64,000 nucleotides of DNA from Candidatus Poribacteria bacterium (GTDB lineage: Bacteria; Poribacteria; WGA-4E; GCA-2687025): assembly GCA_963665845.2 (NCBI GenBank), contig OY762492.1, positions 2,656,001 through 2,720,000 on the forward strand, in the 5' to 3' direction. The notes under the pieces were generated by a model. The model was not told the origin of the DNA. It saw only the letters and a program-made list of their open reading frames with translations, and searched no databases. Positions 55,983 to 64,000 of this stretch are shown piece after piece (within the stretch, counting starts at the first letter, position 1; each line of letters begins with the position of its first letter). Position numbers and translations under genes: made by a program.

Positions 55983-57412
55983 GCATACGAGACGCCTACA
56001 GATCGCCGTTGACGGAGCGTTACGCCAGCGCGGAGATGTGCCGCATTTTTTCCGCGCAATTCCGCTCCGAAATCTTCCGCCGCCTCTGGATCGCGCTCGC
56101 GGAGGCGCAGCGGGAACTCGGCTTGCAGATCAGCGCGGCGCAGATCGAAGCGATGCGCGCCAACATAACGAACATTGACCATGAGTACATCGCCCAAAAA
56201 GAGCGGGAGATACGCCACGACATCATGGCGCATATCCACGCCTTCGGGGAGGTTGCGCCGACAGCCAGAGCGGTCATCCATCTCGGCGCGACGAGCGCCT
56301 ATATCGGCGACAACGCCGACCTGATACAGACGCGCGACGCGCTGCGCATAGTAGAAAAGCGGCTGTTGAACGCGATGGCGCCGCTCGCGTCGTTCGCCGA
56401 ACAGTATAAGGCGCTGCCGACGCTTGGGTTCACGCATTATCAGCCCGCCCAGCCGACGACGGTCGGCAAACGCGCCTGCCTGTGGCTCCATGACCTGCTG
56501 ATGGACTGGCATGATCTCCAATACAGGCTGAACAAGTTTGCCTTTAGAGGCGCGAAGGGCGCCACCGGAACGCAGGCAAGCTTTCTCAAGCTGTTTGAAG
56601 GAGACGGCGAAAAGGTCGCCCGGCTGGATCGCCTCGTCGCCGAGAAGATGGGTTTTCAGGGCGCCTTTCCGGTGACGGGGCAAACCTATCCGCGCAAACT
56701 GGACGCGCAAACGGCGGCTCTTCTGTCCGGCATTGCGCAGTCGGCGTCCAAGTTCAGCGGCGACATTCGCCTGCTGCAAAACCTGAAGGAGATTGAGGAG
56801 CCGTTCGGCGCCAAGCAGGTCGGGTCGTCCGCGATGCCGTATAAACGGAACCCGATGCGTTCGGAGCGGATCGGGGCTTTGTCGCGGTATATGTTGACGG
56901 CGGCGCAAAGTCCGGCGGCGACGGCGGCGTCTCAATGGTTTGAACGGACGCTGGACGACTCGGCGAACAAGCGCATCGTCATGCCGGAGATGTTTTTGGC
57001 GGCGGACGCGGTGTTGATTCTTGTTCAGAATACGGCGTCGGGGCTGGTCGTCCATGAGAAGATGATCGAGAAGCGTCTTCGGGCGGAGCTGCCGTTCATG
57101 GCGGCGGAAAATATACTCATGGAGGCGGTGAAGCAGGGCGGCGACCGTCAGGAGCTGCATGAGCGTCTGCGGGAGGCGGCGCAGGAGGCGGGCAGGCGCG
57201 TCAAACAGGGCGAAGAGAACGACCTGCTAGAGCGCATCGCTTCAGACAAGGCGTTCGGTTTGGACAGAGCGGCTCTAGAGTCGGCGCTGGACCCGCATGC
57301 GTATATCGGGCGCGCCGAAGAGCAGACGGAGGCGTTTTTGGATGAACATATCCGCCCGATACTAGAAAGCCGCGCGGACGATCTTGATCAAGGCGAAGAG
57401 CTGCGCGTCTAA
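55979..57412 (+). CDS. purB: Adenylosuccinate lyase
   Basis: YRSPLTERYAS, HLGATS, THYQPAQ, GSSAMPYKRNP, WFERTLDDSA. Confidence 0.95.
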   Translation: MSIRDAYRSPLTERYASAEMCRIFSAQFRSEIFRRLWIALAEAQRELGLQISAAQIEAMRANITNIDHEYIAQKEREIRHDIMAHIHAFGEVAPTARAVIHLGATSAYIGDNADLIQTRDALRIVEKRLLNAMAPLASFAEQYKALPTLGFTHYQPAQPTTVGKRACLWLHDLLMDWHDLQYRLNKFAFRGAKGATGTQASFLKLFEGDGEKVARLDRLVAEKMGFQGAFPVTGQTYPRKLDAQTAALLSGIAQSASKFSGDIRLLQNLKEIEEPFGAKQVGSSAMPYKRNPMRSERIGALSRYMLTAAQSPAATAASQWFERTLDDSANKRIVMPEMFLAADAVLILVQNTASGLVVHEKMIEKRLRAELPFMAAENILMEAVKQGGDRQELHERLREAAQEAGRRVKQGEENDLLERIASDKAFGLDRAALESALDPHAYIGRAEEQTEAFLDEHIRPILESRADDLDQGEELRV

Positions 57413-57451
57413 TTCGTTATTCAGATTTGCGGTAAACGCGCGGAAATCGAG

Positions 57452-57680
57452 AGGCGCGGCGTCCGATTCCCCTTGAAAAAGGGGCTAGGGGGTTTGGCGC
57501 TCGGGTTGCGCTTGGTTTTGAACTAGGATGGAAGGATGATTAAGATTGCCAAGAGAGCGGCTTACGGGAATCCTCTTGGCAATCCTAGTTCAGACGGCAG
57601 ACAGTTTCGGCGGCGCCTCTGGATTCCCGCGCGTTCACCGCAAGGGCGGGAATGCATGTCCTCGCGGAAGCGGGGAACGA
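57452..57680. repeat. Mosaic intergenic repeat with hairpins
   Basis: C/G module at ~57465; TGAACTAGGAT...ATCCTAGTTCA and GATTGCCAAGAG...CTCTTGGCAATC stems; long palindrome and reverse-complement GAGGACATGC module. Confidence 0.8.
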
Positions 57681-57700
57681 CCTAGCATTCCGCGTTTGCC

Positions 57701-57729
57701 TTGAACAATCCGCCCGTCAGCGCCATAAT
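57701..57729 (+). promoter_or_regulatory. Sigma70-like promoter of the outer-membrane protein cluster
   Basis: TTGAAC-N17-CATAAT. Confidence 0.5.
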
Positions 57730-57767
57730 CTGATAGACGCAAAACGAAAAAGAAACGGAGAGCAACT

Positions 57768-58604
57768 ATGAAAGCGTTCACAGCCGCGGCCGCAGCCGTA
57801 CTCATGGCGCTTGGCGCGTTGACGGCGTCCGCGGGGCAATGGTACATCGGAATCGGCGGCGGAGTCGTCTTCGGTCCCGCCCTCGATATGAGCGGACACA
57901 ACCTCGACACAACCCGCTACCCCGACTGGGACTACACAGGTCTGCCCGACGACAAGCCCGAAGGCTACCGATGGTTCTACGATCTTGAGACGGACGCCGG
58001 CTACGCCTTCCCTGATGAAGCCGCCGTCGGATACATGATGTATGAGGAAGGCGAAGGCGGCGCCCGCATCGAATTCGCCTACTCCCGCCGAACGCAGCCG
58101 CTTGAGCAGGTCTTCAAAGACCTGACATTCCTGGACGAATCCGCCATTCAACCGAACAACAGCGGCGTTAATGCCGATTTTAAATCGGAAATCGGCGATC
58201 TGACCAACAGCGTTGCCGCTCTCAATCTCTACTACGATCAGCCTGTCGCCGACCGCGTTAAAGCGTATCTAGGCGTCGGGGGCGGGATCGCCCGCGTGAA
58301 CATCTCCGACCTCTTCTTCCGAGTCAACTACACCGACGCCGACGGGGTCGCGTTGAGCGAATACGACAGCGCCCAGTGCGAAGATTTTTTAGAAACCGCC
58401 TTCGCCGCCAACATCCATGCAGGCGTCGACTACCAGCTCACCCGAACCCTCCTTGCCGGCTTGAAATGGAGTTACGCGGTCATCGGAGAGATTGAATCGG
58501 TCAGCAATTATATGGAGCATCCGATTCCAGAGTTGACGAACACCACCGTTTTCAGCGGCAACCGGCAATGGTCGCTTGCCTTCGCCCTGAAATACATGCT
58601 TTAA
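57768..58604 (+). CDS. Outer-membrane 8-stranded beta-barrel (Opa/P44-Msp2/Ail-like)
   Basis: Signal peptide, WYIGIGGG, LNLYYD, AYLGVGGG, AGVDY, C-terminal ALKYML. Confidence 0.82.
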   Translation: MKAFTAAAAAVLMALGALTASAGQWYIGIGGGVVFGPALDMSGHNLDTTRYPDWDYTGLPDDKPEGYRWFYDLETDAGYAFPDEAAVGYMMYEEGEGGARIEFAYSRRTQPLEQVFKDLTFLDESAIQPNNSGVNADFKSEIGDLTNSVAALNLYYDQPVADRVKAYLGVGGGIARVNISDLFFRVNYTDADGVALSEYDSAQCEDFLETAFAANIHAGVDYQLTRTLLAGLKWSYAVIGEIESVSNYMEHPIPELTNTTVFSGNRQWSLAFALKYML

Positions 58605-58669
58605 ACGAAAAAGCGCTGTATCATGGGCGCGTTGAGTAAGCAATTCACAAAACGCAAACGGAGATTTGC

Positions 58670-59182
58670 ATGACGCGATTCATAAACATGGCGCTGGCTG
58701 CGAAAGTTGCCGCGGCCTTGTGCCTGATGACGTTCATCGGAACCCCACATGCCTTCGCCGGCAACCATGAGGCGCATGAAACCGAAACCCAGGTAAAGTA
58801 CGTCTCCCATAAAAGTCCTGTCCTCGCTTTCGTGGCATCCTTTGTCATTACAGGAGCCGGCCAGGTTTACAACGGAGAGTGGAAGAAAGGCGCGGTTCAA
58901 TTCGTGGGGGCTACGGCAGGCGCCGTAATGGTGCTGAGCGCAGTGGGCGAAGATGAAACTCTGGACGAAGACGACAACGCGACCCTTGCGGGCATTGGAG
59001 CCTTGGTATGGGTCGGCTCCGCCGTGTGGTCATTGATTGACGCGCCGATTTCCGCCAACCGAATCAACCGAGAGGCGCAGTCCGCGCATCTGTTTCAGAT
59101 GGACGCGGGACCCTTCATCGTCGGGGCGGATCCTGTCGTCCGGCGGAACGGCATGGGAGGAGCGTTGACGCTCCGTTTTTAA
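58670..59182 (+). CDS. TM2/DUF5683-like secreted protein with a C-terminal beta-signal (array member 1)
   Basis: KSPVLAF..SF...GAGQVYNG..KG; hydrophobic hairpin; IDAPISANRIN...LTLRF. Confidence 0.8.
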   Translation: MTRFINMALAAKVAAALCLMTFIGTPHAFAGNHEAHETETQVKYVSHKSPVLAFVASFVITGAGQVYNGEWKKGAVQFVGATAGAVMVLSAVGEDETLDEDDNATLAGIGALVWVGSAVWSLIDAPISANRINREAQSAHLFQMDAGPFIVGADPVVRRNGMGGALTLRF

Positions 59183-59194
59183 CCGCTGGACAAG

Positions 59195-59223
59195 CGGCAG
59201 AGGCGCCCGGCGCGTCTCTGCCG
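59195..59223 (+). other. Intergenic 12-bp hairpin (no clear U-tract)
   Basis: CGGCAGAGGCGC-ccggc-GCGTCTCTGCCG. Confidence 0.5.
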
Positions 59224-59249
59224 TACCCGGCTCTTTTCTAGGAGAAAAC

Positions 59250-59885
59250 ATGCGGCGTTTTGGCGTTCTTTTTTGCTTCGCCGCCTTGATGGGACTGGGA
59301 GCTTCGGAAGCGTCTGCGCAGCAGGCGATGGAAGATGTCGTTTATTTGAAGGACGGCAGCATCCTCCGCGGGACGATCATTGAGATGACACCGGGCAAAA
59401 CCCTGAAAATCCAAACGCGGGACGGCAATATCCTTACGTACGACATGGATAAAGTGGCGCGCATGACCAGAGAGCCGGCGGTCGGCGGTCAGAAATCGCC
59501 TGTCTACAAGAAAATCCCCGCTCTCTCTTTCGCGCTTTCTTTTTTCGTTCCAGGAACTGGGCAGTTTTACAACGGCCAACCGGGAAAAGGCGCGATTCAA
59601 TTAGGTGTAGCTGCGTTCGGTCTCGCTCTGTTGCTTGTGGAAACACAAGCCGGGGTTCTGATGGCTGTAACTGGAACAGGTGAAGGCGGCTCTTTCAATG
59701 GAGCCTGGATATATTTTGGAGCATGGCTGTGGTCAGTGATTGACGCCCCGATTTCCGCCAACCGAATCAACCGAGAGGCGCAGTCCGCTCATCTGTTTCA
59801 GATGGACGCGGGACCCTTCATCGTCGGGGCGGATCCTGTCGTCCGGCGGAACGGCATGGGAGGAGCGTTGACGCTTCGTTTTTAA
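59250..59885 (+). CDS. Array member 2, with an extra N-terminal DVVYLKDGS domain
   Basis: Signal peptide, DVVYLKDGSILRG, PGTGQFYNGQ, same C-terminus as member 1. Confidence 0.82.
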   Translation: MRRFGVLFCFAALMGLGASEASAQQAMEDVVYLKDGSILRGTIIEMTPGKTLKIQTRDGNILTYDMDKVARMTREPAVGGQKSPVYKKIPALSFALSFFVPGTGQFYNGQPGKGAIQLGVAAFGLALLLVETQAGVLMAVTGTGEGGSFNGAWIYFGAWLWSVIDAPISANRINREAQSAHLFQMDAGPFIVGADPVVRRNGMGGALTLRF

Positions 59886-59920
59886 CCGCCGTTCCCAGCT
59901 CTCTTTCGAGTAGGAGAAAC

Positions 59921-60535
59921 ATGCAACGTTTGAGCATTCTTTTTTGCCTCGCCGCTTTGACGGGACTGGGCGCTTCGGAAGCGTCTGCGCAGCAGGCGAT
60001 GGAAGATGTCGTTTATTTGAAGGACGGCAGCATCCTCCGCGGGACGATCCTTGAGATTACACCGGGCAAAACCCTGAAAATCCAAATGCGCGACGGCAAT
60101 ATCCTTACGTACGACATGGATAAAGTGGAGCGCATGACCAGAGAGCCGGCGGTCGGCAGTCAGAAATTGCTTGTCTACAAGAAAATCCCCGCTCTCTCTT
60201 TCGCGCTTTCTTTTGCCATTCCAGGAGCCGGGCAGTGTTACAACGGCCAACCGGGAAAAGGCGCGCTTCTATTCGGAGCGGCGGCGTTAGGACTCGTACT
60301 CGGAGCAGCCGGAAGCGGAAGCAACGACTTGATGTTTATACCGAGTCCATTCATACTTCTTGTTCCCGTCGCTTGGATCTGGTCGTGGATCGACGCGCCA
60401 ATGACCGCCTTTCGAATCAACCGAGAGGCGCAGTCCGCGCATCTGTTTCAGATGGACGCCGGCCCCTTCGTTGTCGGCGCCGATCCTGTCGTCCGGCGGA
60501 ACGGCGCCGGCGGCGCGTTGACAATCCGTTTTTGA
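59921..60535 (+). CDS. Array member 3
   Basis: N-half near-identical to member 2, different middle, conserved C-terminus. Confidence 0.82.
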   Translation: MQRLSILFCLAALTGLGASEASAQQAMEDVVYLKDGSILRGTILEITPGKTLKIQMRDGNILTYDMDKVERMTREPAVGSQKLLVYKKIPALSFALSFAIPGAGQCYNGQPGKGALLFGAAALGLVLGAAGSGSNDLMFIPSPFILLVPVAWIWSWIDAPMTAFRINREAQSAHLFQMDAGPFVVGADPVVRRNGAGGALTIRF

Positions 60536-60577
60536 TTCGGTAGAATCGGCATGAGCTTTGGAAACGGAGGCATGCAA

Positions 60578-61423
60578 ATGACGCGAACGGCTGTGGTGTG
60601 TTTCGTTGCGGCGGCGGCTGCATTCTTCGCCTCGGCGCAAGAGGCGGAGCGGGACCGATGGTACTTCACCGCCGGGGCGGGTTTAAACTTGACGGCGACT
60701 CTGGATCAAAACGGATACAGCTACGACGATGTCGCCTATCCTGACCTGGACTATTCCCATCTGCCCGGCGGAAAGCCGGACGGATTCCGATGGCATTACG
60801 TTGTGGAAACCGAATCGGGTCAAGCGTTTCAAGCCGCTGTCGGGCGCATGTTTAAAAGCGGCGGGCGGCTCGAACTCCGCTACGACCGCCGAACCGCCCC
60901 CTTGGAGCATGGCGAAAAAAAGAGTACCTACCTTTACGGCGATGAAATCAAAGGCAGGGAAACGGAGATTGTTGGGACGCCGAAGTGGGGCATTGGCGAT
61001 CTGCTGACCGACACGATCTCTCTCAACGCTTATTACGGCGTCCCTGTCGCCGACGAGAAAATCACGCCTTATCTGGGCCTCGGCGTCGGGCTTTCCCGCG
61101 CCACAGCTACCGATGTGTACTTTGAATCTCAATACGCGGGAACGGCGGAGCCTGGCTGGCCGGCGCCTGAAACGTTCAACAACCTGCAAAATGTGGATGT
61201 GGACGGCGTCGCCGCAACGCAGATTTTATCGGCAGGCGTCGACTTTCGGCTCACAAACGAAACGCTGGTCGGGTTGAAATATGTGTACGCCGCTGTGGAC
61301 GACATTGAACAGGAAGACCTGTACCAGACCCATCCGAAGCCTGGGTTCACCAGCGTCACAAAATTTAGCGGCATGAACCACTGGTCGATAGGGGTTGAGG
61401 TCAAGTATCTGCTTGGAGAATGA
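60578..61423 (+). CDS. Outer-membrane beta-barrel, paralog of 57768 (start uncertain, 60551-60578)
   Basis: WYFTAGAG; YPDLDY..LPGGKPDGFRW matches YPDWDY..LPDDKPEGYRW; PYLGLGVG; AGVDF. Confidence 0.82.
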   Translation: MTRTAVVCFVAAAAAFFASAQEAERDRWYFTAGAGLNLTATLDQNGYSYDDVAYPDLDYSHLPGGKPDGFRWHYVVETESGQAFQAAVGRMFKSGGRLELRYDRRTAPLEHGEKKSTYLYGDEIKGRETEIVGTPKWGIGDLLTDTISLNAYYGVPVADEKITPYLGLGVGLSRATATDVYFESQYAGTAEPGWPAPETFNNLQNVDVDGVAATQILSAGVDFRLTNETLVGLKYVYAAVDDIEQEDLYQTHPKPGFTSVTKFSGMNHWSIGVEVKYLLGE

Positions 61424-61430
61424 GGCGGCG

Positions 61431-61949
61431 TCAAAGATTCGCATGGCTGCTCCATACGGCGCTGGGGTCTATGCCCGCTTTCTGCGCGATGGCTGACGCC
61501 AGCCCGTCCAAAACGAGCAGCAGCGCCTGCTCAAACGCGGATCTGCCGAGCTGCTTGGACGGCGTCGTTGGGATTTCCAGTACGGACGACGCCAGCTTCG
61601 CGGCGCGCGATTTTGCATCGCCCGTTACGCAAAGCGTTCCCGCTCCAAGCGCTTGCGCCGTTTCGATCTGCCTGCATACCGCCGGCGTCTCCCCAGAACC
61701 TGTGCATGCGAGCAGTAGATCGCCCGCGCGTATGGCAGGCGTTGTCGGCTCTCCAACGGCGAAAACGGTCCAGCCGAGCTGCGCTAGACGGGTGGCGAAT
61801 GCGGCGGCGACCAGCCCTGTTCGCCCCTCGCCGGCGGCGAACACGCGCCTGCCTGAACAAAGCTTTTCAACAAAAAGATCGAACTGATGAGAGGAAACCC
61901 GCTCTACATTTTGACGCGCTTCGGCTAAAATCTCATTCAAGATGGACAT
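61431..61949 (-). CDS. hxlB: 6-phospho-3-hexuloisomerase-like SIS domain protein
   Basis: AGEGRTG, FATRLAQLG, VGEPTTPAI, TGSGET, FEQ, HANL. Confidence 0.85.
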   Translation of the reverse strand: MSILNEILAEARQNVERVSSHQFDLFVEKLCSGRRVFAAGEGRTGLVAAAFATRLAQLGWTVFAVGEPTTPAIRAGDLLLACTGSGETPAVCRQIETAQALGAGTLCVTGDAKSRAAKLASSVLEIPTTPSKQLGRSAFEQALLLVLDGLASAIAQKAGIDPSAVWSSHANL

Positions 61950-62469
61950 ACTGAACCTCGGCTGCGGAAATCATCAACTCCCGAACGCTGTCGGCTGCGA
62001 CATTGACCCGAACGCCGCCGCCGTCAATGTGGTATGCGATCTGAACCGCGTTCCGTACCCGTTCCGCGACAATCAGTTCGCCCTTGTCGTCTGCCAGGAC
62101 ATCCTTGAACACCTAGACGACATCCCCGCGGCGATGGCGGAACTCCACCGCATTTTACAGCCAAACGGCGTCGTCCGCATCCGCGTTCCGCACTACACGA
62201 GTATGGACGCTTACGGCGATCCGACGCACCGCCGTTTTTTGTCGACGCGCAGCTTCGATTTTTGCACGGAGGGTGAGACGGCGCCGCCGGGTTTGCGTTC
62301 GTCGGCGCTGTTTCGCCGGGTGAAGCGGGAGATTGCGTTCTATCGGATCTATCGGATCTTGGGCGTCGCGGCGCTGGCAAATCGGTTCCCGCGGCGGTGG
62401 GAGGGGCATGCGGCGTTCATTTTTCCCGCGCAGTATATGCTGTTTGAGCTGGAGGCGATCAAGGATTGA
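61942..62469 (+). CDS. Class I SAM-dependent methyltransferase (type 11)
   Basis: LNLGCG, CDLN..PYPF, ILEHL, ELHRILQPNG, VPH, DPTH. Confidence 0.88.
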   Translation: MDILNLGCGNHQLPNAVGCDIDPNAAAVNVVCDLNRVPYPFRDNQFALVVCQDILEHLDDIPAAMAELHRILQPNGVVRIRVPHYTSMDAYGDPTHRRFLSTRSFDFCTEGETAPPGLRSSALFRRVKREIAFYRIYRILGVAALANRFPRRWEGHAAFIFPAQYMLFELEAIKD

Positions 62470-62477
62470 CGGAACCC

Positions 62478-62720
62478 CCTTAGGATCCCCGCTTGCGCAG
62501 GAATGACGAGAAGGAGAAGCGGCCGCCTCTGGATTCCCGCGCGCTTTACCCCAAGGGCGGGAATGCATGTCCTCGCGGAAGCGGGGGGCGATGCGCTCAA
62601 GCGGGCAGTACCTACAGGCGATGATATGCATTTTTGCGCGACTGCCTGCGGATCCAGGCCGTCATTCCCGCGCAAGCGGGAATCCAGAGTTTTTCCATAG
62701 AGCCTTCGCATTCCAAAACG
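62478..62720. repeat. Mosaic intergenic repeat
   Basis: Three palindrome variants, GAGGACATGC module, GCAGTACCTACAGGCGATG, CCAGAGTTTT...GCATTCCAAAA. Confidence 0.85.
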
Positions 62721-62773
62721 GCGCTCTAAAATCGAAATCATCGCCTATAGAGACTGCCCTCAAGCGTATCCAT

Positions 62774-62802
62774 TTGACACGCGCCGCAAAAAGCGTTATC
62801 TT
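62774..62802 (+). promoter_or_regulatory. Sigma70-like promoter
   Basis: TTGACA-N17-TATCTT, followed by an AGGAGG RBS. Confidence 0.6.
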
Positions 62803-62839
62803 GCCTGTAAGGTACCCTATTGAAAAGGAGGATGACCCC

Positions 62840-64000
62840 ATGAACCGCGCGCGTATGCATCTCTGGGCGGGCGTATGTCTCGGCGCGCTGCTGATGATCG
62901 GAGCCGCCGCGCTGCTCTGGAACCGCCCCGGCGAAGCGCAGGTGCAGCTTGTCACCGCCCCTGGACGAGACGCCGTCGAACTCACCATCTACGAAAGCGA
63001 AGACCTCACCTACGCCAAAGAGCGCCGAAACATCACCCTCCGCAAAGGAACCAACCTCCTCCAATTCAGCTGGGCGGGAACGCAGATCGACCCAACCAGC
63101 GTTCAGCTGGCGTCGGTCAGCGACCCTGAAAAGACGCGCGTCAAGGAAGCGATCTTTCCCAAGCATCTCAACAACGCCATCCAGTGGAGCGTCGAATCGA
63201 CCGACGGCGGCGCGAACATGGTGGAAGTCTCCTATTTCATCCGCGGGCTGCGTTGGCATGCGGACTACATGATGTTCGTCAACAGCGAAGAGACGCTGCT
63301 GCGCCTGCAGGGGCGTTTCACGCTTGTCAACCGCAGCGGCGAAGACTTTGAGGATGCGTCCGCCCGCCTCGTCGTCGGCGACATCCATCTCGTGTCGGAG
63401 GGTCAGCTTCAGGAGTCGCTCAAGCGGCTCGGCGGCATTTCCACAAAAGACGCTGCAATGTCTGTGACGTTTGGGGGAAGAGCGGTAGGGCGGGGCAGAA
63501 GCGCCCGCCAGCAGGCTGAAGCGCTGTCCGAATACTATATGTTCGCCGTCCCCGGCAAAAACACGCTTGAAAACGGCTGGACGAAGAAAATCGAAGCGAT
63601 GGATGTTCAGGACATACCGCTGGAAGTCGTGTACCGGTATTCGCCGAACGAACAGCTGGTGCGCCGAATGTACGCCTTCGTCAACAACGCCGACAGCCGA
63701 CTCGGCACGGAGCCGCTCCCAGGGGGAGCCGCGCGCGTCTTCATGGTTGACAGCGAGGGGCAGGTCGAGTTTGTCGGCTCCAATGGTCTTCGCTTCAGCC
63801 CTGTCAGCAAAGAGATCAAACTGGACCTTGGACATGAACTTGCCGTCACGGTGGAGCGCAAGCGAATGGACTTTAAAAAAATGAACCTCGCCTACAACGA
63901 CGACGGCGACGTCTCCCACTTCGACACCGAAGAAGAGATGCGCATCGAAGCGCGCAACTTCCGCCCCGAAAGCGTCCAGCTGGAGCTGCCCGAACGCATC
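62840..64000 (+). CDS. DUF4140/DUF4139 family secreted protein, 3' truncated by the window edge
   Basis: Hand translation: signal/TM, VELTIYESEDL..KERR..L.KG.N.LQFSW..TQIDPTS, GLRWHADY, NRSGEDF..A..RLVVG. Confidence 0.85.
   Translation, partial: MNRARMHLWAGVCLGALLMIGAAALLWNRPGEAQVQLVTAPGRDAVELTIYESEDLTYAKERRNITLRKGTNLLQFSWAGTQIDPTSVQLASVSDPEKTRVKEAIFPKHLNNAIQWSVESTDGGANMVEVSYFIRGLRWHADYMMFVNSEETLLRLQGRFTLVNRSGEDFEDASARLVVGDIHLVSEGQLQESLKRLGGISTKDAAMSVTFGGRAVGRGRSARQQAEALSEYYMFAVPGKNTLENGWTKKIEAMDVQDIPLEVVYRYSPNEQLVRRMYAFVNNADSRLGTEPLPGGAARVFMVDSEGQVEFVGSNGLRFSPVSKEIKLDLGHELAVTVERKRMDFKKMNLAYNDDGDVSHFDTEEEMRIEARNFRPESVQLELPERI

Noticed and set aside
58670-60535. Diversity-generating retroelement explaining the variable segments
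   Set aside because: No reverse transcriptase or TR/VR pair, and the differences are not adenine-specific

Overview
A GC-rich bacterial chromosomal window with about 55 housekeeping and accessory genes. I see no rRNA, tRNA, CRISPR or transposase. Several traits point to a Candidatus Poribacteria-like marine or sponge symbiont (inference): secreted WD40 proteins, a C-terminal LLPNYPNPFNPETWIPF sorting-type domain, PhyH dioxygenases and a sulfatase-like gene. Recognisable modules: a Zn/Mn-type porin-SBP-permease locus, iscS, a porin-imelysin-di-heme oxidoreductase iron locus with Fur-like boxes, an ArsA/Get3d ATPase, two TolC genes with MacA/MacB-like partners, nagB, xylF, rimI, purB and hxlB. 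Many intergenic spaces contain mosaic repeats built from a dRS3-like ATTCCC-N8-GGGAAT palindrome, a C-run/G-run hairpin and a ~165-bp TIR-bounded MITE. Best candidates for novelty: (1) a yvcK/glmR - [GlmU-like nucleotidyltransferase fused to a DUF89 phosphatase] - nagB operon; (2) a PhyH-family Fe/2OG enzyme with HxG in place of HxD, a halogenase signature, near a canonical HxD paralog; (3) a lipoprotein whose mature chain is 58% Asp, 21% Arg and 9% Tyr in blocks; (4) four tandem ~52-bp promoter/dyad units upstream of the metal porin; (5) an outer-membrane paralog array with constant ends and a variable, lower-GC middle.
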